NCBI GenBank assembly: GCA_964511055.1
Contig: CAZEDQ010000006.1
Location: 1-34,557, forward strand
Reading direction: 5' to 3'
Length of the DNA stretch: 34,557 nucleotides
DNA from: an uncultured Gammaproteobacteria bacterium
GTDB lineage: Bacteria; Patescibacteriota; Microgenomatia; Curtissbacterales; GWA2-41-24
In this document: piece after piece, positions 31,838 through 34,557 of the stretch
Numbering within the stretch: the first letter of the stretch is position 1
Layout: every line of letters begins with the position of its first letter
Made by a program: the position numbers and the translations under genes
Notes under the pieces: generated by a model
The model's input: the letters and a program-made list of their open reading frames with translations, nothing else
What the model was told of the DNA's origin: nothing
The model's database searches: none

Positions 31838-33160
31838 TCATTTAACTGGTTCTTCGCCATCCGGATTACTATCACCAGTCTCAACAGTTTTAGGTTCGTC
31901 GGCAAGTGCCGGAGTATCTACCGGTGAAGGATTTTTATCTTCACCCGCATTAATTGACTGAGTAATTTCTTCGGCGGCTTTTTCGTCCGCTTTTTCCTGC
32001 TCATCTGCTACAAGTGGCTCTTTGTCATCTGCGGGTACATCGTCCGTTTGCTGTTGGTTTGAAGCAGGTTGAGCTGCAGCATTCTGCGTATCAGTGTCAC
32101 GGGCTTCGGCGGGTTTTTCTTCTTTTGCAACGGGCTCGTTTGTTTCTTCTGTTACGCCAAGCGCGCGTTTTGCCTCGTCTTGCAGAGCTTTTTCCTTTGC
32201 TTCAACTTCTTTGGGTGTTCCGCTTTTCCCGCGAATATCAATTCTATAACCTGTAAGTTTAGCTGCCAGCCTTACATTTTGGCCTTCTTTACCAATTGCA
32301 AGTGAAAGCTGATCGTCGGGAGTAGTTACCTCGGCTGTTTTTTCTTTTTCGTTGATTTTAACCTGCAGGTCTTTGGCTGGCGACAGGGCTGACTTTATAA
32401 ACTCAACCGGATCCTCCTGATAGGCAATGATGTCTATTTTCTCATCACCAAGCTCGTTTATTACCGCCTGGACCCTCACCCCTTTTTGGCCTACACATGA
32501 ACCGACCGGATCTACCCCAAGTTGGCTGGAAGAAACAGCGATTTTTGACCTTGATCCTGCTTCCCTTGCAATCGCTTTTATTTCCACAGTCCCTTGGCTA
32601 ATTTCCGGAACTTCCTGTTTAAAAAGACCCTCAAGAAGGCCGTTGGTGCTTCTGGAAACAATAATCTCCTCGCCCCTTGCTCCTTCTTTAATACCGATGA
32701 CGTAAAACTTTAGCCTTTGGTTTACAAAATATTTTTCGTTATGGGCTTGTTCTGCCGGAGGCATAATACCTTCCGCTTTACCAAGATTAACTGTAACAAC
32801 GGGACCTGAAATTCGCTGGACTAAGCCTGAGACGATAGTGTTCACTTTAGAGGAATATTCTTCCAGGATTGCGTTTTTTTCAGCTTCACGAATCCGCTGC
32901 AAGATCACTTGCTTGGCGGTTTGGGCGGCAATACGGCCAAAGCCGGGAGGAGTAATAATTTTCTTGTCTTTTGAAAGGGAAACCTCCCCAGTTTGTACAT
33001 TTAAGTCGACATCAATCCCTTCCACTTCACCGTAATCTTTACGGTAGGCGGCGATTATGGCCTGCTTGATTGAATCGATGACGACTTCAGGTTCGAGACC
33101 ACGTTCCGAGCAAACTTGGTTTAGTGCCGATGCAAATTCGGTTCTTGCTTGTATTGCCAT
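31838..33160 (-). CDS. nusA: transcription termination/antitermination factor NusA with acidic disordered C-terminal tail
   Basis: Has the N-terminal domain (ALNQVCSERGLEPEVVIDSIKQA), S1, and two KH domains (GSCVGQKGVRVQAV, LAIGKEGQNVRLAAKLTG). About 100 aa rich in Glu/Asp/Ala/Pro follow. An AAGGAG RBS precedes the ATG. Confidence 0.95.
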   Translation of the reverse strand: MAIQARTEFASALNQVCSERGLEPEVVIDSIKQAIIAAYRKDYGEVEGIDVDLNVQTGEVSLSKDKKIITPPGFGRIAAQTAKQVILQRIREAEKNAILEEYSSKVNTIVSGLVQRISGPVVTVNLGKAEGIMPPAEQAHNEKYFVNQRLKFYVIGIKEGARGEEIIVSRSTNGLLEGLFKQEVPEISQGTVEIKAIAREAGSRSKIAVSSSQLGVDPVGSCVGQKGVRVQAVINELGDEKIDIIAYQEDPVEFIKSALSPAKDLQVKINEKEKTAEVTTPDDQLSLAIGKEGQNVRLAAKLTGYRIDIRGKSGTPKEVEAKEKALQDEAKRALGVTEETNEPVAKEEKPAEARDTDTQNAAAQPASNQQQTDDVPADDKEPLVADEQEKADEKAAEEITQSINAGEDKNPSPVDTPALADEPKTVETGDSNPDGEEPVK

Positions 33161-33210
33161 TTTTAAAGAATCTCCTTAAATTACTTAAATATTATTAATT
33201 TTTTAAAAAT

Positions 33211-33282
33211 ATCAGAGGAGCGCTATTGGCATGACTGAAACCGCGTCTGTCGCGGTGAAAGGTACCAAGGCGACCTGCTGAT
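33211..33282 (-). promoter_or_regulatory. 72-nt GC-rich rod-like hairpin followed by A-U5 in the nusA 5' leader (candidate attenuator or structured leader)
   Basis: The minus-strand RNA AUCAGCAGGUCGCCUUGGUACCUUUCACCGCGACAGACGCGGUUUCAGUCAUGCCAAUAGCGCUCCUCUGAU pairs end to end. Stems by hand: AUCAG/CUGAU, GG/CC, CGC/GCG, UUGG/CCAA, and an apical ACCGCG/CGCGGU stem with a 5-nt loop. AUUUUU follows the hairpin. The nusA ATG lies 50 nt downstream. Confidence 0.4.
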
Positions 33283-33305
33283 ATAAATTAAAATTCATTT
33301 TATTC

Positions 33306-33328
33306 AAAAAAAGGCGCAGTTGCGCCTT
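33306..33328 (-). terminator. rho-independent terminator after the 89-aa membrane protein gene
   Basis: Minus strand reads aaggcgca-ac-tgcgcctt followed by a T-run (7 T including the two that can pair). It lies about 80 nt downstream of the stop at 33407. Confidence 0.7.
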
Positions 33329-33406
33329 ATCACATTTCAAAACCCAAAGATAATCTTGTGGAATTTTAACAGAAAGTATTCGGCTAGTCAAACATAATTG
33401 GCGGTT

Positions 33407-33676
33407 TTAGGCTTTGTGGATGTACTTTTCCCAAAGTTTTTTAAAGACTTGTAAGGTTAATGTAGAAAGCAAGAAACCAATTGAGGGAACAATGGCGTTT
33501 AGCCAAGGATTTAAAACGCCAATTGCGCTAAGATAAAAACCAATTGCTAGGTATGTAAACAAAACCAAAAGCCCCCGCCTGGTAATACTCGTTTCCCAAG
33601 TTTTATCGAGTTCGACCTTTTTGTTTCTATTTTCGATTCTTAAAATTCTTTCTTCCAGATTTTCTAAAGATGCCAT
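33407..33676 (-). CDS. 89-aa membrane protein (N-terminal helix plus two predicted TM helices)
   Basis: ATG start. Has a charged N-terminal helix (LENLEERILRIENRNKKVELD) and two hydrophobic stretches (GLLVLFTYLAIGFYLSAIGV, IVPSIGFLLSTLTL). I recognise no family. Confidence 0.6.
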   Translation of the reverse strand: MASLENLEERILRIENRNKKVELDKTWETSITRRGLLVLFTYLAIGFYLSAIGVLNPWLNAIVPSIGFLLSTLTLQVFKKLWEKYIHKA

Positions 33677-33731
33677 TTGTAAAAATTATATCAATATTGG
33701 TGAAAAGAGATTAATTTAACCTTCAATAGAT

Positions 33732-34196
33732 TTAAAGATTGTTGTTGTCAATTGGTCTATTTGTAGTGCCAATGTCTTTTGCCAATCTCTTTTTTCTATT
33801 TGAAATAAGACTAAAACCTAAACTTTCGTAATACCTAACTAATTTTTTATTCCCTGCACCAATTATAATTTTGGTAAATCCATCCCTTTGGGCTTGATCT
33901 TGTGCTACTTTGATTAGTTCTGCTGCTATGCCTTGCCTTCTGTATTCTTTTTTTACAACTAGACTATGAAGATCAGCATCAACAATTCTTGGGTAATAAT
34001 AGATACTTCCTACTATTTCGCCTGTACCGCTTCCGGCAATAAAAACCGTTTCGGTAGGTTCGGGAGTAAGGTCATCTGAATTTGAATCTTTGCCGGATTT
34101 AGGTTTTGGCCAATTTTCCCGGTGTAATCGCTCCAAGGCTTTATGATCGTCTTGGGTATAACTCCTAATGATTACAAAATCCAGCTCTTTTGGCAT
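33732..34196 (-). CDS. GNAT family N-acetyltransferase
   Basis: 154 aa. Acetyl-CoA-binding motif A context LVVKKEYRRQGIAAELI, followed by YYESLGF. Confidence 0.85.
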   Translation of the reverse strand: MPKELDFVIIRSYTQDDHKALERLHRENWPKPKSGKDSNSDDLTPEPTETVFIAGSGTGEIVGSIYYYPRIVDADLHSLVVKKEYRRQGIAAELIKVAQDQAQRDGFTKIIIGAGNKKLVRYYESLGFSLISNRKKRLAKDIGTTNRPIDNNNL

Positions 34197-34259
34197 AAAT
34201 GAAGGTGTTAGTATATACGATTATTATTTGCTAAGTTTTGTGCCCGACAGTAATGATTT

Positions 34260-34557
34260 TCAGTTCGTCGAAAGACACGCAAGAGCTTTTACCATTGTTC
34301 TTGTCTCCATGTCTGTTAGTACAAAACCCAAATCTTGATAAAAGCCTACAAGGTCATCATTGTCCGCGATAAGGCGCAAGTTTTCCAAACCCAGACCCGC
34401 TGCTCTTGTTTCTGCTGCTTGGATCAGGCTGGTTGCAATTTTCCGTCTTCTAAATTCAGTTCTTACAGCAAGGTTGGTTAAATGCATGTCCCTGTGGACT
34501 TCGTCGCAGAGAATTGCACCTACAATTTGCCCCGCATTTTCCGCAACAACATATTTA
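34260..34557 (-). CDS. GNAT family N-acetyltransferase, 5'-truncated by the window edge
   Basis: Contains LAVRTEFRRRKIATSLI and FYQDLGF. The reading frame stays open upstream of the track's Met all the way to position 34557 (KYVVAENAGQIVGAILCDEVHRD), so the true start lies outside the window. Confidence 0.8.
   Translation of the reverse strand, partial: KYVVAENAGQIVGAILCDEVHRDMHLTNLAVRTEFRRRKIATSLIQAAETRAAGLGLENLRLIADNDDLVGFYQDLGFVLTDMETRTMVKALACLSTN

Noticed and set aside
31828-31839. Palindrome gaaaagcttttc at the nusA stop as a terminator
   Set aside because: It is a perfect 12-nt palindrome with no loop and no following U-tract, and infB starts 33 nt downstream and is almost certainly cotranscribed.
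33211-33282. tRNA or SRP (4.5S) RNA in the GC-rich island upstream of nusA
   Set aside because: Although ~72 nt long, it has no 7-bp acceptor stem, no GTTC-type T-loop, and no U33 in a 7-nt anticodon loop. A CCAAGGC stretch recalls SRP domain IV, but the apical loop is ACAGA/UCUGU rather than a GNRA tetraloop with the flanking conserved motifs.
1-34557. Alternative genetic code (UGA recoding as in some CPR lineages)
   Set aside because: All conserved genes are full length under the standard code. TGA also serves as a genuine stop at several ATGA/GTGA coupling junctions (rpoB/rpoC, mltG, sortase, dapB/dapA, Lon-like).

Overview
This is a gene-dense, AT-rich stretch of bacterial chromosome. 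Every gene but one lies on the minus strand, and many are joined by 4-nt ATGA/GTGA overlaps. Minus-strand transcription order (high to low coordinates): two GNAT acetyltransferases, a small membrane protein, nusA, a short infB, a DHH-like protein with degenerate motifs, rpsO, pnp, an anchored hypothetical protein, a Lon-like AAA+ ATPase with no protease domain, a hairpin-repeat array, ftsK, rodZ, a DUF948-like/YtxH-like pair, dapB-dapA (with a divergent plus-strand ACT-domain gene), alaS, an envelope module (proline-rich membrane protein, 747-aa bitopic protein, sortase), ruvX, a Zn-ribbon miniprotein, mltG, rpoB-rpoC, rpsL-rpsG, an 83-aa coiled-coil ORF, fusA, and one unknown small ORF. I found no rRNA, tRNA, CRISPR array, transposase or integrase. 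The standard genetic code fits all long ORFs. Several proteins are shortened (IF2 without an N-terminal region, AlaRS without C-Ala, NusA without AR repeats, Lon reduced to its ATPase). rimP, rbfA, truB, rplJL and tuf are missing from their usual positions, and a sortase is present. Together these suggest a reduced-genome lineage such as CPR/Patescibacteria, but that is inference only. The items most worth follow-up:
- the tandem palindrome array at 24541-24692
- the protease-less Lon-like ATPase
- the sortase-linked module between alaS and ruvX, including a protein with an FtsA/PilM-like domain lacking ATP motifs
- a 78-nt, 73% GC in-frame insertion in alaS
- a Gre-factor-like coiled-coil miniprotein inside the str operon
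- a rod-like hairpin with a U-tract in the nusA leader
All functional calls come from reading motifs by eye. No database search or folding computation was run.
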